Source: an uncultured Methanosarcinaceae archaeon
GTDB lineage: Archaea > Halobacteriota > Methanosarcinia > Methanosarcinales > Methanosarcinaceae
Assembly: GCA_963727895.1 (NCBI GenBank)
Contig: CAVSHT010000007.1
Coordinates: 32,001-96,000, forward strand
Direction: 5' to 3'
DNA: 64,000 bases
This document shows positions 49,071 to 59,962 of the stretch, one piece after another. The notes below the pieces were generated by a model. The model was given only the letters and a program-made list of their open reading frames with translations. It was not told the origin of the DNA and made no database searches. The first letter of the stretch is position 1. Every line of letters starts with the position of its first letter. Made by a program: the position numbers and the translations under genes.

Positions 49071-49121
49071 GATATTGTTAACTAAACATAGTTAACTCTT
49101 TATTTCTGTATTTCATCAATA
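49071..49121 (-). mobile_element. Solo IS1 right-end fragment
   Basis: GATATTGTTAACTAAACATAGTTAACTCTTTATTTCTGTATTTCATCAATA matches the last ~51 bp of the other IS1 copies. Confidence 0.8.
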
Positions 49122-49216
49122 TAGGAGTAACGCAGTTGGGTCTTAGCACATCGTTTTTGGCAACTTATTAACTATTAAAATTAATTTAATGTGTATAGGG
49201 GGTTATTAAAATATTC

Positions 49217-49956
49217 GGTATTGTTATCTAAACATAGTTAACTCTTTATTTCTTTATTTCATCAATAGAATAACCGAGTACTTTAGCATTTCAATACTCT
49301 TCGTATAACACTTTGTCTTTCTTCTCAATCTTGCTAGAAAATGCCTCAATATGCTGTTATATCCCTCAACTGTAAATGTTTCTGCTTTTGATTGAGTATG
49401 ACTCTTTTCTGGAATAAACTCTGCATATGCCCTCCAGTGATCTGTCATCACTTCTCCAATCTCTTTTTTCTTCAATTTTTCCCAGAGTAGTTTTCCAGTT
49501 TCCGTTCCTCTACTACCAAAAGAGCAGTTGATGAACTTTTTCCCAACTCTATCAACAGCAATCCAGATCCAGCAATATTTTTTTTGTTACCGATGTAAGT
49601 GTGCATTTTATCCATTTCAACAATAGATATCTCATTTTCACTTTTTAGGTCTTCTAACTCCTGACCAAATTTCTTGATCCATCTTTGGGCAGAAACATGA
49701 CTCACCCCTAAAAATCTTCCTATTGAACGAAAGCCCAATCCTTCAAGGTAAAGTTGTAAAGCCTGTTTTTTAACAGAGGCGGAAAAATCAGTTGATTTTA
49801 GCTCTACTGTATAGTTATAGCCACAATCATGGCATTTGTAGCGTTGACGCCCACCAACTATACCGTTCTTTTTGTGACTGGAACTATTGCATTTGGGGCA
49901 GTTCATGAAGAAATATATGTTATAAGCATATATATCTATTTTTGATTACCGATACC
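49217..49956 (-). mobile_element. IS1-family element copy 4 (most intact)
   Basis: Ends GGTATTG / CGATACC; open insA 49472..49906; A8 frameshift site; insB' ends early (TAC>TAA); DEMH reads DKMH. Confidence 0.92.
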
Positions 49957-50130
49957 ATCATTTTTTATAGGGCTATTATTCCCTTTAACGGAATTTAGCG
50001 AAGAATAGACACAAGCTTTATTGAATTACGTAAAAAATATTTTCAGGATATAAGATCAAAAAATGATTATACCCTGAAGTTGTAATGTTAGAAGCAATAA
50101 TGAGGTTAGATGAAGTTTTTGGATAAACTC

Positions 50131-52448
50131 CTACAATACATCATCTAACGACTCAACAAATTTATAATGTGACAATGATATTTTTGTCTCATTTATATGT
50201 TTGTCACCTGAATTTTCAAAAAAATTCTTCATCAAATATGTCATCAAAGCAACAAGTAACCCAAAAGAACCTGATACTATAAAGACTGTGTTAAGATCAA
50301 AATGTAATAGGACTATACCAAGTACTATGGGTGCAAGACTCTGACCTACATTTCTCATAGCATTGTGAATAGATAGACACACCCCCTGTAGATTCTGCAG
50401 GAGCTACATGAATTATTTGTGTGTCTATTAATGGTTGAGCAAGCCCATAACCAGCTCCGAACAGTAATATTAAGAGGATAATCATGTAAATTGAATACGC
50501 AAATGAGATAGCTATTATTGCCAGTCCGACAATTGCAAAACCAATAGCAATAATTAACATGCTTGAATGCTTACTAACCAGATTCTTCACGCAGGATATA
50601 GTAACGATGACAGCTATTCCCTCCAAAGCCAATATAAGTCCTGCTTCCCTTGCAGTATAACCAAATACACCTTCAAGCATAAAGGGCAAGTAAACAACTA
50701 CTGAAAATAATAAAAAGTAGATAGTAAAACTCAGGAATACAGTGTACATTACTCGCAAATCCTTGAGTGCTTTAAAAGCATTAAGTATTCCGTCGTGTTC
50801 ATCGTTTTCGTTCTTAACAACCCTTGTCTCTGGAAAGAAAAAGATCACAACAAAAGCAAATGGTAGAGATAATACATAGAAAAGGAATGGACAGTTCCAT
50901 TTAAAACTTGCCAGTCCCCCACCTATAGTCACCACTTTAAATAATGCGACATTTTATGTTTAAATGTATGTTTCTCCCAAAATTCATTCATTTCTTCCTT
51001 TAATGCTTCAATATTTTTAAATGATTTTATTGACGTTAAGTTTTCTCTTGTCACTTTCCAACAGTATTCTGTTGGGTTCCTATCTGGAGTAGCTGGAGGG
51101 AAAAATATTATTTTCAACCAATGCTTATTATTTTGATAAAATTCCTTTGCCTTTGCTGATCTATGCCATGTAGCTCTGTCCAGTAAAAGAAATATCCTTG
51201 CCCCTATATCTCTTTGAAACTTGATTAATGATTTTAAGTAAGAGTCTGTATTCTGTGTAATTCCTAAATCATACCAATAAAACTCTCCATTTTCAGTGTA
51301 GAATCCTCCAATATTGATTTTTGCTTTTGAACCACTTGTAAATTTAATAGGTTTTGAGCCCTTTATTGCCCAACATCTTGATCTATTTGAATCCACACAA
51401 AAATTACTTTCATCATGGGTAACGAATAAATGATTAGGGTTTAGTAATCTGTTTTTTGGACTTCTCTTATGAATTATTTTTTAAGCACCTCATTTCTTCT
51501 TTTAGATTGAGGTCGACATGTGATTTTTCTCAACCCTAAATTTTTTAAAATTTGTCTCATTCTTGATTTGGAATAAGATACTCCAAATTTTTCCTTGACA
51601 AATTGAACTGCATCTTTTGTTTGCCAACCACGAGAATAAACATCATCTGTTGGTATAGGTTCTAAAAATGTCTCTCTTAACTCAGATAATTGTTCTGCAG
51701 TTAAAAAAGACTTGATTCCTCGACCAGGTTTACATTTAAGGCTAAACAAACCGTCGGTTTCAGCTCGTTTTATCCAGCGATGAACAGTTGAACGGTGAAC
51801 TGAAAAATCGTCGGCAACTTTAGCGGGACTCAAACCATTTTTGACCAATAATAAGGCTTGAAGTTTAATCTGCTCGTTTTTGTTACAGGAATTTATGATA
51901 GCTGTAGAAATATCAAAAGTTGTAAACATTTCCAAACTCATATATAAAATTATATACTAATTTCAGGTATAAGAATGTTGCAGTAAATACAGAGGTAACT
52001 ATATAAGAGGACCAAATATTGAGCCAATAGCAAGAGCCGTACTAATCTTGCTTGTGGCACTTAATCTTTCATGATCATTGTATACATCCCTTATGACCAG
52101 CATAGTCAAAGACAGCATTCCTGCTGCTCCAATACCCTGTATTAACCTCAAGATAATAAGTAACTTCAGACTAGAAGTGAAATAACTTACAAGTCCCATT
52201 AGACCGTAAATCACAAGGCAGGGAACAAGTAGCTTCTTACGGTTCATACGGTCTATGAAATTTCCAATCATCAGAGTAAAAATAGCCGTTGAGATAGTGT
52301 ACCCCGATATCAACAATGCTACTTCCTGGAATGTTGTCTGAAGGGGTTTCACCATATCTGGTAATGCTGGTGCTAAAATAGCACCTCCAGCCATTGCAAA
52401 AAATGCAGTAATACAAAGCATTAGAAGGTGAATGTTTTTGAATTTCAT
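50131..52448 (-). pseudogene. MFS transporter interrupted by IS630, with a further frameshift near 50378
   Basis: N-part '...IGSIFGPLI' joins C-part 'GGGLASFKWNCPF...' once the insertion is removed; motif A-like 'GNFIDRMNRK'. Confidence 0.88.
50926..52001 (-). mobile_element. IS630-family element with TA target duplication (transposase has a nonsense codon)
   Basis: TIRs TAGTCACCACTTTAAATAATGCGACATT / TAGTTACCTCTGTATTTACTGCAACATT; TA on both flanks; HTH orfA and DDE orfB ('HDES', 'LLDRATWH', 'NPTEYCW'); TAA before the C-A6 slippery site. Confidence 0.92.
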
Positions 52449-52461
52449 GATCTTTATCTCT

Positions 52462-52935
52462 TTATTTCACATTATTTTGAGCTACATTCTCAAACATAAT
52501 TCTAAGTAACTTCATAATTTCTTTTTTTTGACTGTCATCAAAATTGGAGAAAATAATGTTTTCCCAATCTGAAGCTATCTTTTTCATATCAGGTTTTACT
52601 TTTTTTCCTTTCTCAGTGAGAAAAATCCTGTATGATCGCTTGTCTTTCTCATCCCTTTCTCGGAAAACATAGCCTTCATCAACAAGTTTCTGTATGGCGC
52701 GTGTAGTAGTGCCCTTATCTAGTTTTTGATGTTCAGAAAGAGTTTCCTGATTGATCCCATCTTCTTGATACAACCTCATCAGAAAAGGAAACTGTCCGCT
52801 TCCAAAACCATATGGCTCAATTTGTTTCCCAATGTAGATTTGTTCATATCTGTAGAGAAATGAGATGAGCTTTCCAATGAATTCCTTCTCACATGTTCCT
52901 TGAGCATGTACGCTTCCAGTGAAGTCTCCATTCAT
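52462..52935 (-). CDS. MarR-family transcriptional regulator
   Basis: 'DGINQETLS...LDKGTTTRAIQKL...DEKDKRSYRIFLTEKG'. Confidence 0.92.
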   Translation of the reverse strand: MNGDFTGSVHAQGTCEKEFIGKLISFLYRYEQIYIGKQIEPYGFGSGQFPFLMRLYQEDGINQETLSEHQKLDKGTTTRAIQKLVDEGYVFRERDEKDKRSYRIFLTEKGKKVKPDMKKIASDWENIIFSNFDDSQKKEIMKLLRIMFENVAQNNVK

Positions 52936-52966
52936 TTTTATTATCCACCAGATTGTCCAATCAAAT

Positions 52967-53035
52967 TAGTTGCATATACAACTAGATTATTTGCGTTATA
53001 TGCACCAACGTCATATATAGTTGTTGATGCAACTA
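52967..53035. promoter_or_regulatory. Two palindromic operators TAGTTG-N6-CAACTA upstream of marR
   Basis: 52967-52984 TAGTTGCATATACAACTA and 53018-53035 TAGTTGTTGATGCAACTA. Confidence 0.7.
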
Positions 53036-53999
53036 ATTTTTTATTAGTTGGTTGATATTTCATTTAAAAACCACTTTTTCAAGTGCGATCTTTTCTAAGC
53101 TTGTCCGTATACAAAAAAATCGAAATCCAATCCAAGTGAAAGATGGTATGTAAAGCACAAATTTGTGAATTTTTAAAATAAGTTTTAACTTATAGTGAGA
53201 GATAATTATTTATTAAAAGAAGTTAAGTAAAATAGTTCAAAAAGTAAAATATCGGGTAAGTAGCAAATGACCCTGATTTTGGCATTCCATAAAAACTATT
53301 TATTAATTATTATAATTAGATAGTTGAGCTATTAATAGGAAAAATTTGCTTGAAATATATTATATCAAGCTGATTTCAAAATTTCGACCATTCATGTTTT
53401 AGACCAAAACCAGATATCCAATTTAGTTCTGTTGACCTTGATTTATCGACTAAGAGATCTTGATCCAGAAGCAGTGGAAGCAGTTTTGAAACAGGTTTAT
53501 AGTAATATTTATTATATTCAGAGCCCATTATTGCAATGGGCATTAAAGGGGAAAATCTTTAAGGAGATATATTCAGGGACCAACATTATAAAACGGATCT
53601 TAAAGAAGCTAAACTTAAAACTTCTCAATAATTAAAAGAGAAATATCTCCTTCATTTAGAAATATTTAATATAACGAATAACTGGAAATTTGAATATTCC
53701 TTGTGAATTTGTGTTTCCTATCTTATGAAAGAAATAGTTAACATGATATCAGTTGGGGATCAGCATAATCTGTGAAATCTTCAAAAATTTAAAGAAAGCA
53801 ATATTTCTCTTGATAAGGAAATTTCATTTTATTCCTGTGTAATTTTTATAAAATTTATTGAAAAATTAATTTAAATCTGTTTTTAAATATATCCTTTCAG
53901 ATAAAGAACATTAAGCACATAAGGTCATATTTTAATAGTATGACCATGTGAGGGAACATGATCTATAGCTCGTAAAATAGTTACACTCATTAAAAAGCA

Positions 54000-54121
54000 G
54001 GCTCTGTAAAAAACCTATATAAGTCAGTTGCAGTAGGCTGAGACTCAATTCGCAAAAATATATCATCCCATTCAGTTCAAATTAATGAAGGCTTTTCATA
54101 TCAGAGCATTTCTACAGAGCC
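54000..54121. mobile_element. 122-bp MITE with 8-bp target duplication
   Basis: TIR GGCTCTGTA(A/G)AAA at both ends; AAAAAGCA at 53992-53999 and 54122-54129. Confidence 0.88.
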
Positions 54122-54166
54122 AAAAAGCAATTAGTTAATAAACAGCAATATACAGGAAGTGAATGT

Positions 54167-54673
54167 ACGACCGAACGACAGGTTGAAAGTGTATTTATCG
54201 AAATTCCGAAAGGAAGCCGTAACAAATATGAATACGACAAAGAAAAAAAAGTGCTTAAATACGACAGAATGCTTTCTTCTTCAATGGTATATCCCTCAGA
54301 TTATGGCTTTTTCCCCGAGACCTTAGCCCTTGACGGCGATCCTTTAGATGCCATGGTATTAACATGGGAACCTACCTTTCCAGGTTGTATGATAGATGTA
54401 CATCTTGTAGCATTGTTTGACATGGAAGATGATAAAGGCAGAGATGAAAAAATACTCTGTGTTCCAAAGAGTGACCCTATGTGGAATTATATTGAAACAG
54501 TTGACCAAGTTCCACCTCATCTATTTAAGGAAATTACTCATTTCTTCCAAACTTACAAGAATTTAGAGGAAAAACGCGTGAGGGTTCTCGGTTGGAGAGA
54601 CCTTGAAACAGCAGTCAACATACTTCAGGAAGCTAAAGATCGATATCATGAAAAACAGAACGGAAAAAAATAA
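54167..54673 (+). CDS. ppa: Family I inorganic pyrophosphatase; expected start codon reads ACG
   Basis: 'IEIPKGSRNKYEYD', 'YPSDYGF', 'DGDPLDA', 'DEKIL', 'HFFQTYK'. The conserved N-terminus lies upstream of the first canonical in-frame start (GTG 54251). Confidence 0.85.
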   Translation, partial: TTERQVESVFIEIPKGSRNKYEYDKEKKVLKYDRMLSSSMVYPSDYGFFPETLALDGDPLDAMVLTWEPTFPGCMIDVHLVALFDMEDDKGRDEKILCVPKSDPMWNYIETVDQVPPHLFKEITHFFQTYKNLEEKRVRVLGWRDLETAVNILQEAKDRYHEKQNGKK

Positions 54674-54735
54674 TCAATTAGATATTCTAAACTAGAATAA
54701 TATTTATTAAAAATATAAATTAAAAATTTATAATT

Positions 54736-54863
54736 TAACCTATTCCAAAATCTTTTTTGTTCTAAATCAGCAGTTTATTCAGGATAATCTCGCTTTTCAG
54801 ATATTCGATTAACTGTTTCGAATATAAGAATGAGGAATTAAATTTGAGTTTCGGAATAGGTTA
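54736..54863. mobile_element. 128-bp MITE-like element
   Basis: Inverted termini TAACCTATTCCAAAA / TTTCGGAATAGGTTA. Confidence 0.6.
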
Positions 54864-55073
54864 TCATAATAAACTTGAAGACATCCAGAAGATAGATCGT
54901 TCTTGTGCAGAGTAGTATGATCATCCTCAATGATTAAATTCTTCATATTCACTTTCTTTTTGACCACTTTATCCGTTGATCTTTACACAGCTTTTTTAGG
55001 AATAATTCATGGACAGATATATTTTATAAGATATTTGCACTTAAAACCTGCAAAATAAAAAAATAATTTGTTT

Positions 55074-55863
55074 GGCATTGGTATTTAAAAATAGATATAT
55101 ATGCTTATAACATATATTTCTTCATGAACTGCCCAGATGCAATAGTTCTAATTACAAAAAGAACGGTATAGTTGGTGGTCGTCAACGCTACAAATGCTCT
55201 GATTGTGGCTATAACTATACAGTAGAGCTAAAATCAACTGCTTTTTCCGCCTCTGTTAAAAACAGGCTTTACAACTTTACCTTGAAGGATTGGGCTTTCG
55301 CTCAATAGGAAGAGTTTTAGGGGTGAGTCATGTTTCCGTCCAAAAATGGATAAAGAAATTTGGTCAGGAGTTAGAGGCCCTAAAAAGTGAAAATGAGATA
55401 TCTATTGTTGAAATGGATGAAATGCACACTTACATCGGTAACAAAAAAAATATTGCTGGATCTGGATTGCTGTTGATAGAGTTGGGAAAAAGTTTATCAA
55501 CTGCTCTTTTGGTAGCAGAGGAACAGAAACTGGAAAACTACTCTGGGAAAAAGTGAAGAAAAAAGAGATTGGAGAAGTGATGACAGATCACTGGAGAGCA
55601 TATGCAGAGTTAATTCCAGAAAAGAGTCATACTCAATCAAAAGCAGAAACATTTACAGTTGAGGGATATAACAGCATATTGAGGCATTTCCTGGCAAGAT
55701 TGAGAAGAAAGACAAAGTGTTATAAAAAAAGTCTTGAAATGCTAAAGTACTCGGTTATTCTATTGATGAAATAAAAAAATAAAGAGTTAACTATGTTTAG
55801 ATAACAATGCCCTATTGATGAAATACAGAAATAAAGAGTTAACCATGTTTAGTTAACAATACC
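55074..55863 (+). mobile_element. IS1-family element copy 5 (defective) with a doubled right end
   Basis: GGCATTG...CAATGCC (55811) followed directly by a second 52-bp right end ending CAATACC (55863); frameshifts in insA. Confidence 0.9.
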
Positions 55864-55980
55864 TGATTTTTGTATCCATACCTAAAAATTTATTATGTAA
55901 TTATCGTTTTTTCAATTTTAAAAAATTTTCAAAATCTATGTTTAAAACTGTCTTTTGATATGACAGTTCATTGTTTAAAC

Positions 55981-57141
55981 TTATTTGTAATACCTTTTAT
56001 TATATATGTGAGACTTTTTTAACATCAAGTTTAATAATATAGTATGAAACTTCAAAAACATTTGGTCAAATGTGTGTCCTAGGGATGCAGATTCATACAT
56101 TATATTTGCAAAATAAGACATCCCGAGAGTAAATGAGCGGGGAAGATGTCCATAAAAGAATTTTCCTGTATGATATGCAAACCTCAAGCCTCTAATAATT
56201 TCTCTTTGATATCTTTTTTGTAGTGACTGAGAATCAAAAACTCCTGATTTTATGCTTGAATAAATCACATCTGCAGCAATGGTCCCACTTTTTACTGCAT
56301 AATAGATGCCTTCTCCAGTCCAATACTCTCCAAAGCCTGCAGCATCTCCAACAAGGATACATGGAAAATCTGGTTGCTTGTAGTAAATTCCATAATAAGG
56401 AATAATGTGTCCTTTAAATTCTTTAGACTCAGGTACAAGCCCAAGCTGTTCAATGTAATCAGAAAGATATTTTTGGATATTCTTCATTTTTTTATTTGTT
56501 GTATAAGCCCCAACGCAAACGTATTTATCTTTTGGAAAAATCCACAGATAACCATTTGGAACTGTCCCAAAATCAAAAGTCATATTAAATTTTCCAATAT
56601 TTTCCTTACTTAGGGGACAGTTAATTTCTATTGCAAAACCGTAAATACTTCTTTTAATAATATTAAATTTCCTATTGACAATGCTGTTAGTACCATCAGC
56701 CCCGATTAAGTAATTACAACGGAACGACTGCTCCTCTGTTTTGACACTAAATTCTCCATTTTCCCAACTGACTTCAGTCACCTTTATTCCATCAAGAAAG
56801 GTTGCTCCTGACTCAACAGCTTTTTTAACCATAAAGTTATCGAACTCTGTTCTTTCGACCATTTTAGTAAGTGTTTTGTCACCTGAGATCTTATGAAATA
56901 TCTTATTTTTGTATGAGGCTACAACAGAATTTGCACTATATTTTACTTCTTTAGAAATAGGAAAATCAAAAGACTTGAAAGTTTTTACTGTTAACCCTCC
57001 AGCACAGGGTTTGTAACGTGGAAAAACATGTTTATCAATAACAAGCACATTAACTTTTGATCTGGCTAATGTATACGCTGCAGATGAGCCCGCAGGTCCT
57101 GCTCCAATAATAACAACATCATATTTTTTCATATAGATCAT
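55981..57141 (-). CDS. Geranylgeranyl reductase family FAD oxidoreductase
   Basis: 'DVVIIGAGPAGS', 'PRYKPCAGGL', 'IGADGTNS', 'GYLWIFPK', 'LVGDAAG....TGEGI'. Confidence 0.88.
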   Translation of the reverse strand: MIYMKKYDVVIIGAGPAGSSAAYTLARSKVNVLVIDKHVFPRYKPCAGGLTVKTFKSFDFPISKEVKYSANSVVASYKNKIFHKISGDKTLTKMVERTEFDNFMVKKAVESGATFLDGIKVTEVSWENGEFSVKTEEQSFRCNYLIGADGTNSIVNRKFNIIKRSIYGFAIEINCPLSKENIGKFNMTFDFGTVPNGYLWIFPKDKYVCVGAYTTNKKMKNIQKYLSDYIEQLGLVPESKEFKGHIIPYYGIYYKQPDFPCILVGDAAGFGEYWTGEGIYYAVKSGTIAADVIYSSIKSGVFDSQSLQKRYQREIIRGLRFAYHTGKFFYGHLPRSFTLGMSYFANIMYESASLGHTFDQMFLKFHTILLNLMLKKSHIYNKRYYK

Positions 57142-57371
57142 TATAAAAATGGAAATTTGAATATAATGGTTATTAATCTTACAAAAATTTTACTAAAAAT
57201 TCAGATAGAAATCAATATTGCGATTAGTCTTAATACTGATTGATACTATAAAGAATAAGTTATTTAGAACAACTGGAAAGTAAAGAAGAGGAAGACGAAG
57301 AGAGGGGTATAGAGCAAATTTTACCAAAATTAAACACATTATTTTTACAGAGCTGAATAATCAGAGGAAAT

Positions 57372-57995
57372 CTAATTTTTATCAAAATGTTCTATTGTTT
57401 CAATTACTTTCTTATAATCCACTTTCGTGTTATAACAACCATCGTTCAACAGAGGAACACCATACGTCACAACTTTTTTTCCATTTAAAGCGCACATTCC
57501 TTTGTTTATTTCGTAATCACATGCTATTCCAAGTAGCCCGTCTGCAGGTTTATATTTAAGGATATTGACGAGGGCCGAGGAACCGGTGAATATATATAAA
57601 TCGTATCCATACTTTTTGGCATCTTTTCTTAATTGAGTTACAATGCACTTCCCGCAGTCTCGACATTGAATCCCTAAAATTGTTGACAAAGCAGGGCAAT
57701 CGAGTGAACGCACACAATGCGGAACAACAATTATGCGATTTTTGGTTTTTGAAAAATCTGATGCATGAGCTATGTTTTTCAAAGACACTATCCATTTATC
57801 CAAAATTCGTGGATCTGAAAATTTACAGAAGAAATATTTTATAGGTAAATAAAAAAAGTCAAGTATATTTGAAAAGAAACCTGCAAGCCATACGTTTCTT
57901 TTCAGGCTTATTCGACTCACTAAGAGAGCAGATATCGATATCAAAACCGAAAAAATGATGGTAAAAAACAGAGCTTTTCCTATAAAACTATACAT
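57372..57995 (-). CDS. DUF116 domain protein (membrane-anchored, Cys-rich)
   Basis: N-terminal TM segment; 'PHCVR..DC......G..C..CGKC', 'GSS', 'GIACDYE', 'PLLNDGCYNT'. Confidence 0.82.
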   Translation of the reverse strand: MYSFIGKALFFTIIFSVLISISALLVSRISLKRNVWLAGFFSNILDFFYLPIKYFFCKFSDPRILDKWIVSLKNIAHASDFSKTKNRIIVVPHCVRSLDCPALSTILGIQCRDCGKCIVTQLRKDAKKYGYDLYIFTGSSALVNILKYKPADGLLGIACDYEINKGMCALNGKKVVTYGVPLLNDGCYNTKVDYKKVIETIEHFDKN

Positions 57996-58623
57996 CGCAT
58001 ATCTCCATTTTTCGGATAATTTCTTCCACATCAGCTTTGGTATTGAAACAACCATCTCGAAGAAGAAGAACTCCTTGCACAGGGATAAAAGATACTTCCT
58101 GCATATCTTCTGCAAGCTCATTGTAACAAGCTACACCCACGCAAGATTGAGGACTGTACTCCTTGAAGATCTTTTTGACAAAGCTGCTTCCAGGAATTAT
58201 AAAAACCTTAAAATTGTACTTATCTGCAGCTTCATATATTTTTGAAATGTCACATTTCCCACAGCGTTTGCATTCGTAGCCATGAATAGGGTCACATCTA
58301 GCCCTGCATTCCGGGTGCCTCATACACTGAGGTAGGAATACAACCCTATTCTCTTTTGTGTGAACAAAGCGATCCAACATTAAGGCGTTTCGGATATCAA
58401 TAAGGATATCGTCAACAAGTGTTTCTCTTATCCTGAAAACCTTGCAGATCCATTTTGCAGGAGAATAAAATAGATAAAGTGTAAACAGTACAAATCCCGG
58501 AAAAACAATTCTGTGATTTTTAAAGGAATATGCCCCTATGAGCAGGGCGATAACGGTTCCTGCGATAACAAAAATTACTAAGTATATAAATATTTCACCT
58601 AGAAATTCATAAGGGATATTCAT
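57988..58623 (-). CDS. DUF116 domain protein (membrane-anchored, Cys-rich)
   Basis: TM segments; 'LPQCMR..EC......G.ECKRCGKC', 'IPGSSF', 'GVACYNE', 'LLRDGCFNT'; overlaps the next gene. Confidence 0.82.
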   Translation of the reverse strand: MNIPYEFLGEIFIYLVIFVIAGTVIALLIGAYSFKNHRIVFPGFVLFTLYLFYSPAKWICKVFRIRETLVDDILIDIRNALMLDRFVHTKENRVVFLPQCMRHPECRARCDPIHGYECKRCGKCDISKIYEAADKYNFKVFIIPGSSFVKKIFKEYSPQSCVGVACYNELAEDMQEVSFIPVQGVLLLRDGCFNTKADVEEIIRKMEICDV

Positions 58624-58728
58624 GTTCAAGGGGAGGTGTATATCGGTATTTAAGTTTTACTCTAAAACAAAAAGAATCAAGAAAATAGAACAAAGAAAGC
58701 TGGAGGAAACCAGCCTTCATCTTCACGC

Positions 58729-59958
58729 TTACGTAGTGCTCAGGCCCAGTGCCTCTGCAACCAGCTCGATGACGTCTTCTACATCTATGTGAGCTTTGAG
58801 GGAATCACGGCCGTCCGAGAGGTTCCTCTTACAGAAGGGGCACGCACTGGAAAGAATGTCTGCATTGGTTTCAAGAGCGTCCTTAACTCTGGCTTCTCCA
58901 ATTGCCACAGCAAGATCACCCATTCCTGCTTTTACACCACCGCCAGCTCCACAGCAGCGCTGGAATTCTTTTGACCTTTCCATTTCGACGAACTTAACGC
59001 CTGGAATATGGGAAAGCACAAACCTGGGAGCATTAAAGACGCCGACGTGGCGGCCAAGGTGACAGGGATCGTGATAGGTAACCGTCTTGTTAATAGACTT
59101 CTCCCATTTGATTTTGTCCTCCTTTATAAGGTCTGCAAGGAACTGTGTGATATGAATAACCTCAAAAGGCAGTTCCTGCCCGAGAAGCCTGGGCCAGTCG
59201 ATCTTTGCAGCACGGAAACAGCCTGCACATGCAAAGAGAACTTTTTTGGCACCTTTCTTCTTAAGGGCTTCGACATTGTGTCTTGCAGCTTCATGGGCTA
59301 CCTGCTCGTAACCTATCTGACCTGTTCTGATAGGATTTGAACCACAACACCACTCATCTTCTCCAAGCATGGCAAATTTAACGCCCAGCTTGTTAAGTAC
59401 ACGCGAGGTCGCAAAAGCCAGAGAAAGCTGCTTGTATCCTGCAGTACAGCCAGTGAAATAGACGATGTCTGCTTTGTCTGCGATTTTCACATCTGCAGGA
59501 ACCCATGCAAGTCTGTCTTTCTGGTCAAGCATGTAGGCGTTATGGTATTGCTTTATCATCTTAGGGATAGCGCCCAGCTTTCCATAAGGTCCGATTCCTT
59601 TCTTGACAAGGTTTGTCCTCAGGGCTTCCCAGAGTTCCACAGTGTTAATACCTGCTTCACAAACGGTTCCACAGACACCACATGTAGTACAACCATATAT
59701 ATCGTCTTTGAATTCTTCAAGCTCTGATTGAGGAATTTCCTGTGGACCAAAAATTTTTGCTTTAAACCCGTAGGACTTGTTCATGAACTGCTTCCAGCGC
59801 AAGATTTTATCCCTGGGGGCTAATCCTGGTTTCCCGCCGGAAGCGGCATAAGTCGGACACCATTTTACACACTCACCACAGCGAACGCAGGAATCAAGTT
59901 CCATGAGCTGGACTGCAGTAAGATTCTTCGTATCAATTGAAGGGGTACGTTTTGCCAT
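58729..59958 (-). CDS. hdrD: Methanophenazine-dependent heterodisulfide reductase, catalytic subunit D
   Basis: Two CxxCxxCxxxC motifs plus two CCG domains ('EWCCG', 'YHDPCHLGR', 'RCCGAGGG', 'ACPFC'). Confidence 0.95.
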   Translation of the reverse strand: MAKRTPSIDTKNLTAVQLMELDSCVRCGECVKWCPTYAASGGKPGLAPRDKILRWKQFMNKSYGFKAKIFGPQEIPQSELEEFKDDIYGCTTCGVCGTVCEAGINTVELWEALRTNLVKKGIGPYGKLGAIPKMIKQYHNAYMLDQKDRLAWVPADVKIADKADIVYFTGCTAGYKQLSLAFATSRVLNKLGVKFAMLGEDEWCCGSNPIRTGQIGYEQVAHEAARHNVEALKKKGAKKVLFACAGCFRAAKIDWPRLLGQELPFEVIHITQFLADLIKEDKIKWEKSINKTVTYHDPCHLGRHVGVFNAPRFVLSHIPGVKFVEMERSKEFQRCCGAGGGVKAGMGDLAVAIGEARVKDALETNADILSSACPFCKRNLSDGRDSLKAHIDVEDVIELVAEALGLSTT

Positions 59959-59962
59959 CTTT

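Noticed and set aside
53432..53635. 67-aa ORF in the marR-ppa intergenic region
   Set aside because: No RBS or recognisable motif; AT-rich DNA.
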